Assembly (NCBI RefSeq): GCF_006345805.1
Contig: NC_043011.1
Span: 62,384,464 to 62,448,463, forward strand
Source of the DNA: Octopus sinensis
Taxonomy: Eukaryota
DNA length: 64,000 nt
Reading direction: 5' to 3'
The position numbers and the translations under genes are program-made. Below, in pieces: positions 12,596 through 26,081 of the stretch. Positions within the stretch are counted from its first letter, which is position 1. Each line of letters starts with the position of its first letter. The notes beneath the pieces were generated by a model that saw only the letters and a list, made by a program, of their open reading frames with translations, had not been told where the DNA came from and did not search any database.

Positions 12596-12902
12596 ACCCA
12601 AAAGTTAGTGTCGTTGCAACTCTAAGTCGCATCCTCAGCTTTTTCAATGAAGCGTATGTATATATGCATATATATATATGTCAGTACGTATGCATGTATG
12701 CACACACACAAACACACACACATGTGTACGTATGTATATCTGTATTTTTGTGTGCGTGTGTTTATGTGTATGCATAGATAGGCGTATAAATACATACATA
12801 CGGTGGCATATATTTGTAATAGAAGCGCAGATTGCGTAATGCAGTTTCGGATACTGGGTGAAATAAAACAAAAAAACAAAAAGAAGGCCTCGATTGGAAT
12901 GC

Positions 12903-13133
12903 ATTTGTTTATTGCCCACAAGGGGCTAAACATAGAGGGGACAAAAAAGGACAGTCAAAGGGATTAAGTCGATTATATCAACCCCAGTGCATAACTGGTA
13001 CTTATTTAATCGACCCGGAAAGGATGAAAGGCAAAGTCGCCCTCGGCTGAATTTGAACTCAGAACATAGCGGCAGACGAAATACCGCTAAGCATTTCGCC
13101 CGGCGTGCTAACGTTTCTGCCAGTTCGCCGCCT
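12903..13133 (-). mobile_element. tRNA-derived SINE family B, full-length copy
   Basis: Reverse complement of ggcggcgaactggcagaaacgttagcacgccgggcgaaatgc...gactttgcctttcatcctttc...; the same family occurs at 27140, 30545, 47364, 48259, 49706 and 49929. Confidence 0.85.
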
Positions 13134-14855
13134 TAGCTAGAAGAAATATCAACTCTCAAAAAATTCTGCCAATGCACCACCTGTGATAATTCCTTCTTAG
13201 ATAATCACAAGGTCTGAAATTTTAGTGGAGAGGAATAAATGGTTTCAGTTTCATACAGTATTTGGCTGCTACGAAATCAAGCTTCAATGTAAATCGCTTG
13301 AGCATCCACATCAACCTGTCTCTATGGTTACTGTGTAAATTTCCAGGTTCAGTTATTAATTCGTATTTTGAATGAACGAAATAGGAGTAATGACAGCAAA
13401 ACGAGAAAGATGATAGTTCCAAATGGCAATATCGTGGAGGAGATGAATAGCAAAATATTTCGAAAGACGATACGACGTCGTGGTTAACACGAACGAAAGT
13501 GTGAAACTATTCAGGAAATCTCATTCCACACTTAAAAGCTATAATCTTTATAATTACTAACAGAACGATATGTTATTATCTTGTAGTGGCTTTGATAAGA
13601 ATCAGGCTGAATCGACGAACGAAGTTGTTTGCTTTATATGCTAATGAGAGAGTTAGATTTAAGTCAATGATAGCATATGCATACAAATTCAGAAACCGTG
13701 TTAATGGCGCTGAATATTAAACAATCTAATTGGTGTAATGTATTCAGTCTTTATTAAATTTAGCGAGTCTCTGTCATCACCCTTATCAAAATTTTCTTGA
13801 TTTTCTTGTGAAATACCAAGTATATTTGTAATATTAGAAAGTGTCACTCTTGACCCTCCATAGTGAGATCCTAGTATGTCATGTGATCTCTTTCTTCGAT
13901 TGTGATGTTTTAATTGGGGTTATAAGGTGGGGGGAGGAGTTTCAAAATTGTTAGAGCGTCTGAAATACCTTGTGGTATTTGTTTGACTCTTTACACTTCA
14001 AATCCATCCGTGGCCGACTTTGCGACGATTCATCTCTCCGGCGTCGATGAAATAGCAGTCAAATGCTGGAGGTGATTTAATCGATTAATTTCCCCTCTTA
14101 TCCCTAAAGCATCAGGTCCCGTGCCTCTATTAGAAACAATTAAGGGTCGTGCGATGGCAGAATCGTTAGAGCGTCGGACGAAATGCTTTGCGTTATTTTA
14201 TTTGGCTCTTCACGTTCTGAGTTCAATTTAAACCGAGGTCAACTTGACCTTTCATTCCTCCAAGGTTGATAAAAATTGAGGATCACTCAAGAACAGAGTC
14301 AAAACAATCTACTAACCCTTTTCACCAAAGTCTCACGTCTTGTACCTAAGTTAGTGCAATTATTGAAGATGGTGTGAGTGCAGATGCAAAATTGATAGAG
14401 CATCGGACAAGATGCTTTGCCGTGTTCGTTGCGGAGCATTAAGTTCGGAACTGAAATTCCGAAGTCATCAACGTCCAGATTCATCTCTTTAGGCGCGATA
14501 AAAAATAAAATAAAATACCAGTGAAATATTGTGGTCAATCTAATTGAATCACTTCCCCTCCCAAGTTTCAGGCTTTAAGTTTACCTCACAAGAAGTACCC
14601 CGAGGGCGGTGAATTAGCACAACTTTTAGAATGCCGAATAAAATATTTCGGCGGCGACGGTGGTGGCAGCAGTTGTGGTGGTGGTGGTGTTGAATATTTT
14701 ATCGAACTTGGTTATTTGGATAAACACATTGTCCTTCTGTATAAACTTGATAATTATAATTTCTTGATTGATGCGATCTTGGGAGTCTGATTAACGTCGT
14801 CCAAAAGATGAATCCGGTCTGGCACACAGATACAAAGGTAAATACATACACAAAG

Positions 14856-14922
<67 letters not shown>

Positions 14923-15070
14923 CACACACGAACGCACACAGAGCAGAGCAAATCAAAAATCCATTAAGGTCACACCTAGAACGCCTTTGATAATTTGTCT
15001 CGGCTCAATCATAGCTAAACTTGGACTAATGAAGTACAGTATTAACAAAAACAACAACAACAACAACAAT

Positions 15071-15102
<32 letters not shown>

Positions 15103-15252
15103 GAACGACGACGACAGCAACAACAACATCGTGCATACCATGTTAACAAAGAGTAGCTTGAAGTTTTTCTTCGATCTAAACATATTCAAAGCGATTCCAG
15201 TTTCTACGAAAATGGATCACAACGGCACCCGGTTTGTTATCATCATTAATAC

Positions 15253-15461
15253 ACGTTAATTACACAGCAGGTCATTAGTGCTGAATTACTTCTCGCGTAC
15301 ATCATCGCATTTATGAATGACGCCACCATCAGTATGATCATCATTATCATCATCATCATCTTCATCTTCATCATCATCATTATCATCATCATAATCATCA
15401 TCATAATCATCAGCATCATCTTCATCATCATCATCTTCATCATCATCATTATCATCATCAT

Positions 15462-15493
<32 letters not shown>

Positions 15494-16400
15494 CCATCAT
15501 CATCGTCGTCGTCGTCGTTGTCGTCGCCGTCGTCGTCGTCGTCGTCGTGGCCGCCGCCGCCGCCACCACCACCACTACCACCACCAGCATTGCTACCACC
15601 ATTACCCCACCCTCTACTTCCAGCAACGCAATCACCACTTCTACCATCGTCACCATTCCGACACTGCTACCACGACCACCACCACCACTGTCGTCATCGT
15701 GGTCATCATTGAAAACAGCAACCGCAGCAGCAGCATCGGCAGCAGCAACAGCAGTAATTGGTAATTGCGAAGTGTTTTAATTGTTTGACAAGTTGTTACA
15801 CAATCTAAATTTCAAATAATTAATTAGTATTGATTATGAGAGGCAAAGGTTGGAAACCTTGCGCGAGATGACCGCCACCGTCACCACCGCCGCCATTACT
15901 GTTACCACTTGCAACAGCAGCATCAGCAACAGCAGCAGCACCCTCACCACCACCAGCTTCATCATCATCATCATCATAATTCTCATTCTCAATCAATTAA
16001 CGATTTGTGAAATATTAGTCATCATCATCATCATCATCATCATCGTCGTCATCGTCGTCGTCATCGTATTCATCACCATCATCATCATCATCATTAGCAA
16101 TCAATCTAATTGGTACTCACCATCATTGCCATCACCATCATAGTTCACATCATCATCATCGTCGACGTTATTATCCTCCTCATCGTCATCATCATTTCCC
16201 CTTCTTTCTTTAACCGCCTCCCTCTTTTCCTCTCCTCTTCCTTCACATCACCATCATCATTCACATAACTATCTTCATCATCGTAATGATCTTCCTCCTC
16301 ATCCTCGCCATCTTCCTTTCCTTCTCCCTTCCTCCTTTTCCTCTCCTCCTCCTTCTCAGCATCATCATCATTTTCATCACCTACATGCTTCTTCTCCACT
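15253..16400. repeat. Compound trinucleotide low-complexity tract (ATC/GTC/ACC/TCC)
   Basis: Directly visible runs of (ATC)n, (GTC)n and (ACC)n; source of the poly-I/M/T ORFs in the track. Confidence 0.9.
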
Positions 16401-16594
16401 TCATTATCTCAAGGTTTCTCCATGCAGGTGAAGACACTGTTAATTAAATCGACCCGCAACAGTAGCTGGTATCCACCGGCAACGGCGTGCTAAGGTAAAA
16501 TCCGTTCTTACAGACACATGAAAACGACCCAAAGAAACAGAAACGTGCATTTAGGAATGTCATCGCCGCTGGTGAGAGATTTTCGTCTGCTACC

Positions 16595-17697
16595 TATAGA
16601 GATGGCATCAAAAGGTCCCCGGACTAGTTAGGTTTAATAAAGAGTAACTTATTTACCTAAGTATTAACATCGTCTCCTTCGAAATAGTCCCCTTGCACAG
16701 CAATACACCGGTTCCAGCGTTCCTGCCACTTTTGGAATCCGGTCTGGAAGTCGTTTTCTGTAAGCGAGTCGAAGACCTTCTGCGAGTCGAAGACCTTCCG
16801 CGAGTCGAGGCCCTTCTGCGAATCGAGGCCCTTCTGCGAATCGAGGGCCTTCTGCGAGTCTAGGACCTTCTGCGAGTCGAGGCTCTTCTGCGAGTCGAGG
16901 TCCTTCTGCGAGTCGAGGACCTTCTGCGAGTCGAGGACCTTCTGCGAGTCGATGCCTTTCAGTGAGTCTAGAACCTTCTGCGAATCGAGGAACTTCTGCG
17001 ATTCGTTCTAGATCTCAACAACAGTGTTAAAATGGTGACCGTTGAGGTGAATTTTCATCTTGGAAGAAGAGATGCAAGTCCGCAGGTGCTAAATCCGGCG
17101 CATAGGGCGGGTGAGGAGGCGAAACCTTGTTGTTTTTGAGCAAGAACCTAACGAGTGAGGAGACTCCGGTGAAGAATCCAATTCTTCACGCTCCACAGAT
17201 CTGGGGTCGCTTTCGCCGAATCTCCCCTCGTCAAACACTTCAAACGTCGCAGTAGAACTCTCGGCTGACGGTTTGGCCCTGGAGGACGAAATCGCGATGC
17301 ACAATACCGCAGATATCGAAACAAACGACGGGCGTGTTCTTGATTAAGCTCTAGCTCTGTCGTTCGCTTGTGCCACTCGAAACGTTGCGCACGACCCAAG
17401 TGCCGCGTGAGCGTAAGCTTGCTGAAACCTGCTCAATGCCTGTGTAACATATTTCCGAATTTAAGCGCAAGATTTCACGGCGGCTCTTTGTTCATGACAA
17501 AAATCGCAGACTACATCATAAAAACACAAATTTCATAAAAATACAAATTTCACAACTTGCGAAGTAAACACAGCGATGTTACTCGTCACACTGCCTCATG
17601 AAGGTCTCTGCTAGGCTTTCACTGCACAGGAAACCGTGTGCTGCCATCTGTTGGGCGCTACAGAACTAGTCCGGGAACTTTTTGATAACACCTCATA
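16595..17697 (-). mobile_element. Internally deleted mariner (DD34D-type) transposon with both TIRs
   Basis: TIRs ~16595-16629 (..atcaaaaggtccccggactagtt) and 17664-17697 (aactagtccgggaactttttgataacacctcata). Minus-strand remnants HPPYAPDLAPAD and FQKWQERWNRCIAVQGDYFEGD; stops and frameshifts. Confidence 0.9.
16764..16997. repeat. 18-bp minisatellite, 13 units (gcgagtcgaggaccttct), inside the mariner transposase
   Basis: Counted units in contiguous 18-bp register; no spacers. Confidence 0.95.
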
Positions 17698-18616
17698 TTT
17701 TGTTCTTCTTTAAAACTGTACGTCTATAAGAGGCACAATCTCAAATCGAACATCTCAATTAATTAGGCTTACCACGGTGTATCAGCTTTAAAAATGATAT
17801 AGAGAATGCTATTTTACATTCATGCTGTTTCTATTGTACAAAACGAACTTTTATTCGGTCAGCCAGCCAACTGGAACATCAGTGATTCCGATTTTTATAT
17901 CAGTAATAGCGGATTTTATATTAGCATGTGGTTGCCGATGGATATACCCATCCACAAGTTATACCCATCCAAAATGGAGGCGAGTACCAAGATTTTCATG
18001 TAGCACTCTTCAACAATTGTGAAGATATATTCGCATGAAACCATTGGTAGCCTTTGTTAACTCACAAATAAAGAAGAATACACACACGCACACACACATA
18101 CATATATACTTTTTCACACATACATTCTAATACACGCATGTATTCATCCGTAAATGTATACATATATACATGCATGCAAACATATACACACACTCACACA
18201 CACATACACACATATACAACAGTACCAATTAAAGTCCCTCTTCTTGATCATTGTATAAAAATCAATATCAAACGTACACATATAACATAGTCTTATACAT
18301 GTTCCAGTAGATGGGATGGTCATGGAGAGAGCTTCATTGAGTATAAACACGTTGGAATTGAACCAAGTTTGATCTGGGTTTGGACAACTGCTGATCGACT
18401 ATTAAATAATACGGAACTTGAAGCATCTTATCCTATTCTTAAAAAGGAATTATATCTTTCTGAATGCATATATGTATTAATATAATCAAATAACCATACC
18501 TACATGTGTATGTATTTACGTATTTACACATACATACATAGATACATACATACATGCATGCATACATACAGGCATACACATATATATAATAAATAATTGC
18601 ATGTACATACATGTGA

Positions 18617-18708
<92 letters not shown>

Positions 18709-18723
18709 GTATATATATATATA

Positions 18724-18773
<50 letters not shown>

Positions 18774-19589
18774 ATATATATACATGTATATATACAGGCA
18801 CACACACTCGAAAAGATAAATGAATTAACTTGTTACAAGAAGGCTGTGTAAATATGAACGCTTTGGCACATTCAAATATTTTATTGGAAAACTGGATGTG
18901 TTGGTGTGTACTGAAAGTTCTGTCTGTTTATTGTATTTATTTTAATGTGCAAATATAATATTCGATACTGCAAATTTAATTTACGTAAAACTTTTACTTC
19001 GTTTTCTTCCACTTCTTTCCATCTATCTGTAATTTATTGAATGTTTCGGTTTTGAAAACTTCCATGGGTATTGAATAACATATATATTTACTTCATTTTC
19101 CCTGTATTCCCTGATGTCCGTGCCGTTCCTCTGTAAATGGTTTTGTAAAGATTTAAGTAAGTGAAATTCTGACAGAGCAAAAATCTGAAGAATATGGCAC
19201 GTGTAACATTTACTCCCCACCCGAACGAATAGAGAGAATTTTAGTGACTTGAGCAATGGGAAGTCCAGTATTATCTTGAGGAAAAAGAACGTCTTCGTGC
19301 GGTTTATTAAGACAGGGCCCTTCCTATTTAAACTATGAAGATGCACGGTGTTAAATGTTCATCATAACGAAATCGTTCCATCACCCCTCAAACGCTTAGT
19401 GAAATTTTCTTTGCTTGAAGTCTCTCTCTCATGATGTGGGAGAGGTTAGTATGTTGGGCGGGCTTAGCAGCTAATTTGTAAGGTTTAATAATACTGATTT
19501 CTCATCTCCAGTCATGAACCGATTATAAAATAGTGCTTCAAGCGATTACCAAATATTAAGATTTTATTAATTATTTATTATTTAATGTG

Positions 19590-19800
19590 CATGAGAAATC
19601 CATCTTCGCATTGAAGCCGATGAAATGTTCTTCAAAAGATAATGAATGATCAAAATGCAAACATTGATTTCAAAAGAAAGCTCTTTCGCTGTCACAGCAG
19701 AATTCCTTGAAAGAGCTACTTCTGGCATTTCATCACCCAATTCGGAAAGATGTCCTGATCTAAGCGAATTGAAATTACTGCGTTTGAATGTTTCATATCA
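19590..19800 (-). mobile_element. Highly degenerate mariner N-terminal fragment
   Basis: Minus frame FKRSNFNSLRSGHLSELGDEM...TAKELSFEINV...HYLL...RRWISH resembles the mariner HTH/RSGRP...WVPH region. Confidence 0.45.
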
Positions 19801-19837
19801 TCTTCAATACAATTCTATATTTAAGAGATGAGGAATT

Positions 19838-20174
19838 TTTTCATTTTTCATTTTCATTTCATCTAGTTTCAGCTCACGAGCTTTGGCCATGCTGGGGCAG
19901 TGCTATTCTGTGTTGCTACATGAGTTTACTTCACGAATGCTTTTTAGCAATTGACATTTGGTGCATGAGAGAGTTTGATGCAGCTGCCCTCATCTGCACC
20001 TCCTGCCGTGAAGTTGGTTCATCTGGGACACCTGACAGGAAGAGGTCCAGCTTTATTTTAAAGACATCTGCATCCACCCCATGCAGGTCTCTCAGGTCCT
20101 TCGGGAGGATATTGAAGAGCTGTGGACCTCTGAAGCCCAGGCTATCGCAGTATCTTGTCCTGCATCTTGATGGC
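19838..20174 (-). mobile_element. LINE 3' end (CR1/L2/Jockey-group type), nested in a family D SINE tail
   Basis: GFRGPQLFNILPKDLRDL...FKIKLDLFLSGVPDEP...RAAASNSL* followed by a 3' UTR ending ccccagcatggccaaagctcgtgagctgaaactag and an (atgaaa)n tail. Confidence 0.8.
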
Positions 20175-21918
20175 AAATTTGTTCATTATTTACATTATTT
20201 ACATTATTTACATCTGACGGATATTTGTCCGCATCTTGTTTGTTGCTAACTCAACGTTTCGGCTGATATACCCTCCGAGGAAGGATAGGAAAATATTAGA
20301 TATATAATAATGTGTGGGTCTATGTTTGCTCCTCTTGATAACCGGTGTTGGTGCATTTATGTTCGGTAAAAGAGACCGATTGAATAAGAACGAGGTTTAA
20401 AAGAATAAGTTCGTCCGTTCGACTAAAAATTCTTCAAGGCGCTGTTCCAGCATGGCCGTAGTCAAATGACTGAGATAAGTAGAAGACAAGAAAGAAGAAC
20501 CTTTTCAAATATTTCTGCCTGTGTAAGACCCTCAATGAAACATTATGCAACAAAAATTTTCTTTCCTTCGTTCTATCATGTGACATCCACATATAAAATT
20601 ATATGTAATAATAAAGGTTATTCTTTTGCGGGAATATTTCATTGAAAAGATTTGCATCAGTGAATGCCATCGATGTATAATCAGAGTAATAAAAAGGTTC
20701 CAGCAGACTCATACAAGTAATGAGAGAGAACTTTCCAACAGGATATGGTTATTGATCTCAAATATCAGTAATTAAAATGGCGAGCTGACACGCATGGCTG
20801 CATGCTTTGCGTTATTCCCTCAATCTTTACGTTCTGAGTTCGAATACCTCCGTGGTGGACTTTGCCATTCTTCCTTTCGGGATCGATAACATAAATACCA
20901 TTTGAACACTAGGGTCCATATAATCGACTTATCTCCACCCTGAGAGTGCTGGTTGTGTGCCAAAATTTCAAACCAATATCGAATACATCAATATATTTTT
21001 TTTATATTGCTGGTATCAAATACATTTAAAAAAATCTCTCCAGACTTAAATTTTAATGGGCCTCACACAATTCCGTTTGAATAAGGACTCTGCGTAGGTG
21101 CAAAACAATTTATAGTAGTTCAAGGCCCATGTGTTGTAGGAGCAGACGAAAGAAGGTATTAGTTTACTGTTTATTATCCGAAGAAATAAAACTACGAGAA
21201 ACCAGGGACGCAATCGCGTATAAACTCCAATTTGCCTTGAATCTCCTTTCAATTAGGAACTGCGAGTAAATCTAAACCATGCAAGCATCAAAGAACTTTT
21301 GGTGATACCAATATACTAATTGCATCTCATTGACCCATCGTTTCCGTGCATTAGCTTAGTAATCATTCCCCTATTAACTGTTTTTGAAACATCCCCGTAT
21401 CTCTATCGTTCAATTTTCTCCTGTGTATTATTATTTCCATTTCAAAATTCACTCTCAAGAGTAACGTCTTTCGAATTAAGTTTACAGAACTCCCAGTTTA
21501 ATGATAATTAATGCTTGTGATAATACGAGATCAAAACAAGGTTTGTACAGCTAATGTGTTAAAGGCATTCACGCATTAATATGGCGTGGTTTTCTTTTAA
21601 AATTTATTCCAATATGGCGGCATGGAAAACTGCGTAAATTTTATGTATTTATTCTTCCTTTGGGCTAGAAATGGTCAGTTGCTGCCAGTGTTTGTTTCAA
21701 CAGACTACATTAAACTGATACTGCATTTTACATATTAGGTACATTTTCCTTCGCTATTTATTACTACCACACCTCTCATAAACACACACAAAAATACACA
21801 TACATGCACTTAAATATAAATCCAAAGGTACATGCATACAGATGGACACATACATATATATATATATATGCATACATACATATATGTACGTACTACATCT
21901 ACATGTATATATACATGC

Positions 21919-21960
<42 letters not shown>

Positions 21961-22149
21961 TATGAGAGGGAAACCACTCTCATACGTGTATAGTACAATT
22001 TTACTGAACCTTCAGTTTTTTATATGCTAGACCACTGGTGTGAAATCGATGTTAATTAAATTACTAACTAATTTCTCATCCCCATTTTAAATATATATAC
22101 ATAATGGTATTAATTAATTAGGAGATGGGTTTCGTATTAGACTTTTATT

Positions 22150-22199
22150 AGTTACAACATATGTTTCGACCCATCAGTTTGGGTCTCGTCAGGTACATT
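22150..22199 (-). ncRNA. Type I minimal hammerhead ribozyme-like motif (best preserved core)
   Basis: gtac-CTGACGA-gaccc-aaactgat-gggtc-GAAAC-ATAT-GTT-gta: canonical core, 5-bp stem II, palindromic stem-III loop, 3-bp stem I. Confidence 0.65.
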
Positions 22200-22220
22200 G
22201 ATAACTTAACTTTTTAAAAT

Positions 22221-22268
22221 ATTTTTGATAAGGTTCGTTTTTTCAAGAAGAACCGAAACATGTAAAAT
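22221..22268 (+). ncRNA. Degenerate hammerhead-like motif, back-to-back with the previous one
   Basis: attt-TTGATAA-ggttc-(13 nt)-gaacc-GAAAC-AT-GTA-aaat: stems I and II pair; the core carries two transitions. Confidence 0.45.
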
Positions 22269-22365
22269 CTCTAATAAAAATAAAAATTGATTTTACATAG
22301 TGGCGTTTTCAAACTTCTTTTTTATAAATATATACCCACTCGTATGCCACCTACACTTATATATA

Positions 22366-22412
<47 letters not shown>

Positions 22413-22482
22413 ATAATTTAATAAATAAAATATATGCATACATACATATATGTACGTACCTACATCTACATGTATATATACA

Positions 22483-22540
<58 letters not shown>

Positions 22541-23185
22541 TACAGGACACCACAAATAGACGTAGAACTCAACGGGAAACGAAAACGCAAAAACAAACAT
22601 GGAAACGGACTTTTTTAACAATGGAAAAACAGAGTACAAGACAAACAATACAGGGAATATTCCCCTTCATCAGCTGTCCCTAGTTCGACTCCATGCGTGT
22701 TTCGAAGGTAAGGACAGAACATGACCCGTCGAACTAATCCTTCCTGCAAAAGAATTAAATAAAATTCCTTTGCAGAGGGGTAAAAACAAGGAAAGAAAAA
22801 AAATGTGACAAGAACAGGACGTAAAAGCAATACAAATAAAAATACAAATACAAAAAAAATACAAATGCAAAAAATACAGTACACATAAAGAATAAAAACA
22901 GGACAAAGAAACCAACGTTGAGGGCCTTTTTTTAAGCCTAGACGATGGCAAAAAATTCAGAGCGCTAGAAAAAAGTCATGTTGACTTGTAGAAGGCCGCC
23001 AGCGAAAGGAAGTTGGTCGACTCAGCAGTGAGAGAGATGAGGAGGAGTGAGAGAGAGAGAGAGATAGAGAGGAAAGGAAACCAGAAAGGGTGAAAAATAA
23101 GAAGAAGAGAGACAGGCAAAGAGGAAGACAGACAGGAAGGAAGGGAAAGTCTATCAAAGGGTTACAGAGTTTCGCGTCGTATATG

Positions 23186-23236
<51 letters not shown>

Positions 23237-23781
23237 GCATACATATGCATATATATATATTTCTGCAGTAATTTTGTTATGAGGTAGAGTGGAAAATGTA
23301 TGAAATGTCAAGGACCTAGAATGCCTGCCATTTCTTATAAGATGTTTAGAATTTCTGACATGTTAAAAGGTAAGATAAGTTGTGCAAATATATTGCCAGA
23401 AATGCAAACACTTAATGCGGATTTGTGTTATATATATATATGGTTATATATGTGTGTGAGTGTGTGTGTGTGTATGTATACATATATATGTGTGTGTGAA
23501 TGTGTGTGTGTTTTGACGTCATAAGAATTCATAAACTTTTCGGGATAACATGAAACAACTCTTCTTTTTGGAATTAAATCTGGAAAAACTTATAAAGCTA
23601 TTTACATGCGTTTATTTATAGATTTGTATGTATTTCAAAATTCAATTTCCCCTAAGAATTACTTATATACTTACACCCCCCCCCACATACAAACATGCAC
23701 GCACTCACACACATATATATATTTATATATAATCATATATGTATATGGGCATATGTATCTAAGTATATACATATATGTACA

Positions 23782-23832
<51 letters not shown>

Positions 23833-23869
23833 TATATTATATATATATAATATATATATATATAATATA

Positions 23870-23907
<38 letters not shown>

Positions 23908-23971
23908 CATATATATATACATATATATATACATGTTTGCATGTATTACATATATATATATTCATATACAT

Positions 23972-24020
<49 letters not shown>

Positions 24021-24021
24021 C

Positions 24022-24071
<50 letters not shown>

Positions 24072-24399
24072 CGTTGTGATGAGTTATTTATAAAAACAGT
24101 TTAAAATTCAACTGAAGAATAATTCAGTACATTTATGAGAGGAAATAATTTTTACAAAGAAAAGTTTTGATATGTTTGCAGAGTTTCAGTAGTCTGCTAA
24201 GCTAAAACTCTGACGTCAATGCCAATAATATTCTTGTTTAAGAGTAATGCATACATACATACGTATATACATACGTACATACATACGTACATACATACAT
24301 ACATACATACATACATACATACATACATACATACATACATACATACATACATACATACATACGTACATACATATGTACGTACGTACATACGACTTTACC

Positions 24400-24988
24400 T
24401 CAATGTATCATCAGATGAAAATGTGAGCCTATATGAGCAGAAGACCATGCATAGATATGTTAGCAGAAAGCTCCGCGATGATAGCAACATCAATCATCAA
24501 AGCAGTTTCTTGTGAACCGGATTACTACCTCTCGCTTCGAAGGGTATGTGCGTGCAATCCAGGAACAGGAAATATCAACCAAATATCTGATGCACAAGAG
24601 GTATAGAGACGCAGGAAAACCAGCAAAATGTCATAACTGATGCAGACTTTGTGGAGTTAACACATAAGATATCACCCACATCATTAGTAGTTGTCCAAAA
24701 ATGTCATCACGGTATTATCTACAGATAAGACATGATGTAGCTAGGACACTCTATAATGAAATCCATCGGAAGGAAAACCCCCAGGCCATGAGGATCCACA
24801 CTATGGTAGAAGCCATAACCGCTTATAATAAAAGGGATTACTGGTGGAATATCCCAATGAAAGCCTTAATAAAATGTAAGCATAATATACCTGACATAGT
24901 AATTTGGGATAGAGAAGAGAATCTGTGTACAGTTGTGGAAATCAGTTTCCCAGCGGATACTAAGATAAAGATACGAACATTTCAGAGT
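24400..24988 (+). mobile_element. RLE-type (R4/NeSL-like) non-LTR retrotransposon fragment
   Basis: EGYVRAIQEQEI...CRLCGVNT*DITHIISSC (CCHC knuckle)...RHD...PDIVIWDREENLCTVVEISFP (PD-(D/E)xK endonuclease); stops present. Confidence 0.85.
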
Positions 24989-26031
24989 ATCTGAGTGTGA
25001 ATCTGAGGACAGAGCAAATGACAGTGTAGAGGAAATAGTTGGATGAAACTGATGGTGATTACGAAGGTTCAGCAGCTCGGAAAACTCAATCTGATTGCTC
25101 TGATAAGAAAAAGAACTCCTGAATTTGTTGGTGAGATCCAGGCCAGGATTGACAACGATCCCTCCATGTGAATCAGGTCCATCTGCAGGGACATGGGAGT
25201 GTCTGAGATTCTTATGAGGCGGGTAGTGCATGAAGACATTCGGTATTCCTCATACAAGATGATAAAGGGCCAATTGTGTCCCAAGCCATCAAAGACAAGA
25301 GCTACGAAACTTTTGAACAAACTCAAGCATCCCTTCAACCGAACATGATTTGGTTCTTCTCAGACGAGAAAAAATTCTGCCAGGATCAGATGGCGAACGC
25401 ACAGAACAGCCTTTAGTTTGCCGTGTCCTCAAAACATGTAGCGAAAGTGATAAAAATCAAACATGCATTCAACATCATGGTGTTTGGAGCGATTACTAGT
25501 GATGGTGACGTCATAGCTCCATTCATTTTCTCATACGGCCTTAGACTCAACAGGGAGGCCCAAATCAAATGCCTGGCGGGTGTAGTGTTGCCCTGGGTTA
25601 AGAGGATGGTTGGTGCAAAACTCAACGTCTGCTAACAGGACCCTGCACCATTCCACACAAGCAGGAGAACCCAGTCATCGCTGTCAGACAGCACCCCTAA
25701 CATCTGGCCACCTAACCCCCACACTGCAACCCCCTGATTATTATGTCTGAGGCGCAGTTGATTGAGAGACCAACAAAACTTCTTGTAACACCAAAGATAA
25801 AGTGAAGGCAAGGATTATGGCAGCATTCACCAACTTAAACAAGGAGACCGTCCAGTAGAGTTGAAGGATATCCCGAAGTCGTCTGGAGTGCGTGGTTGAA
25901 GCCAATGGCGAATTTATTGAATAAATTTACTCTTTAGTATTTGAAGATATTTTTATGCAATTTTGGTGAATATATCTTTTAAAATGTTATTTTCATTTTT
26001 ACGTAATTTAGACGACAATTTATCCACCCTG
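24989..26031 (+). mobile_element. Tc1/mariner superfamily, maT (DD37D-like) relic, 5'-truncated
   Basis: WFFSDEKKF, IMVFGAITSDGDV, QQDPAPFHT, WPP..P..NP.DYY, RLECVVEANGEFIE*. The 3' TIR ends ...tccaccctg followed by TA. Confidence 0.8.
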
Positions 26032-26048
26032 TATATATAAATACACAC

Positions 26049-26081
<33 letters not shown>

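Noticed and set aside
16764-16997. CRISPR-like appearance of the 18-bp array
   Set aside because: No unique spacers, no cas genes, eukaryotic context; it lies inside a mariner.
22660-22720. Minus-strand GAAAC...GTC...CTGATGA arrangement as a type II hammerhead
   Set aside because: Stem I does not form and the stem II register is off; too degenerate to call.
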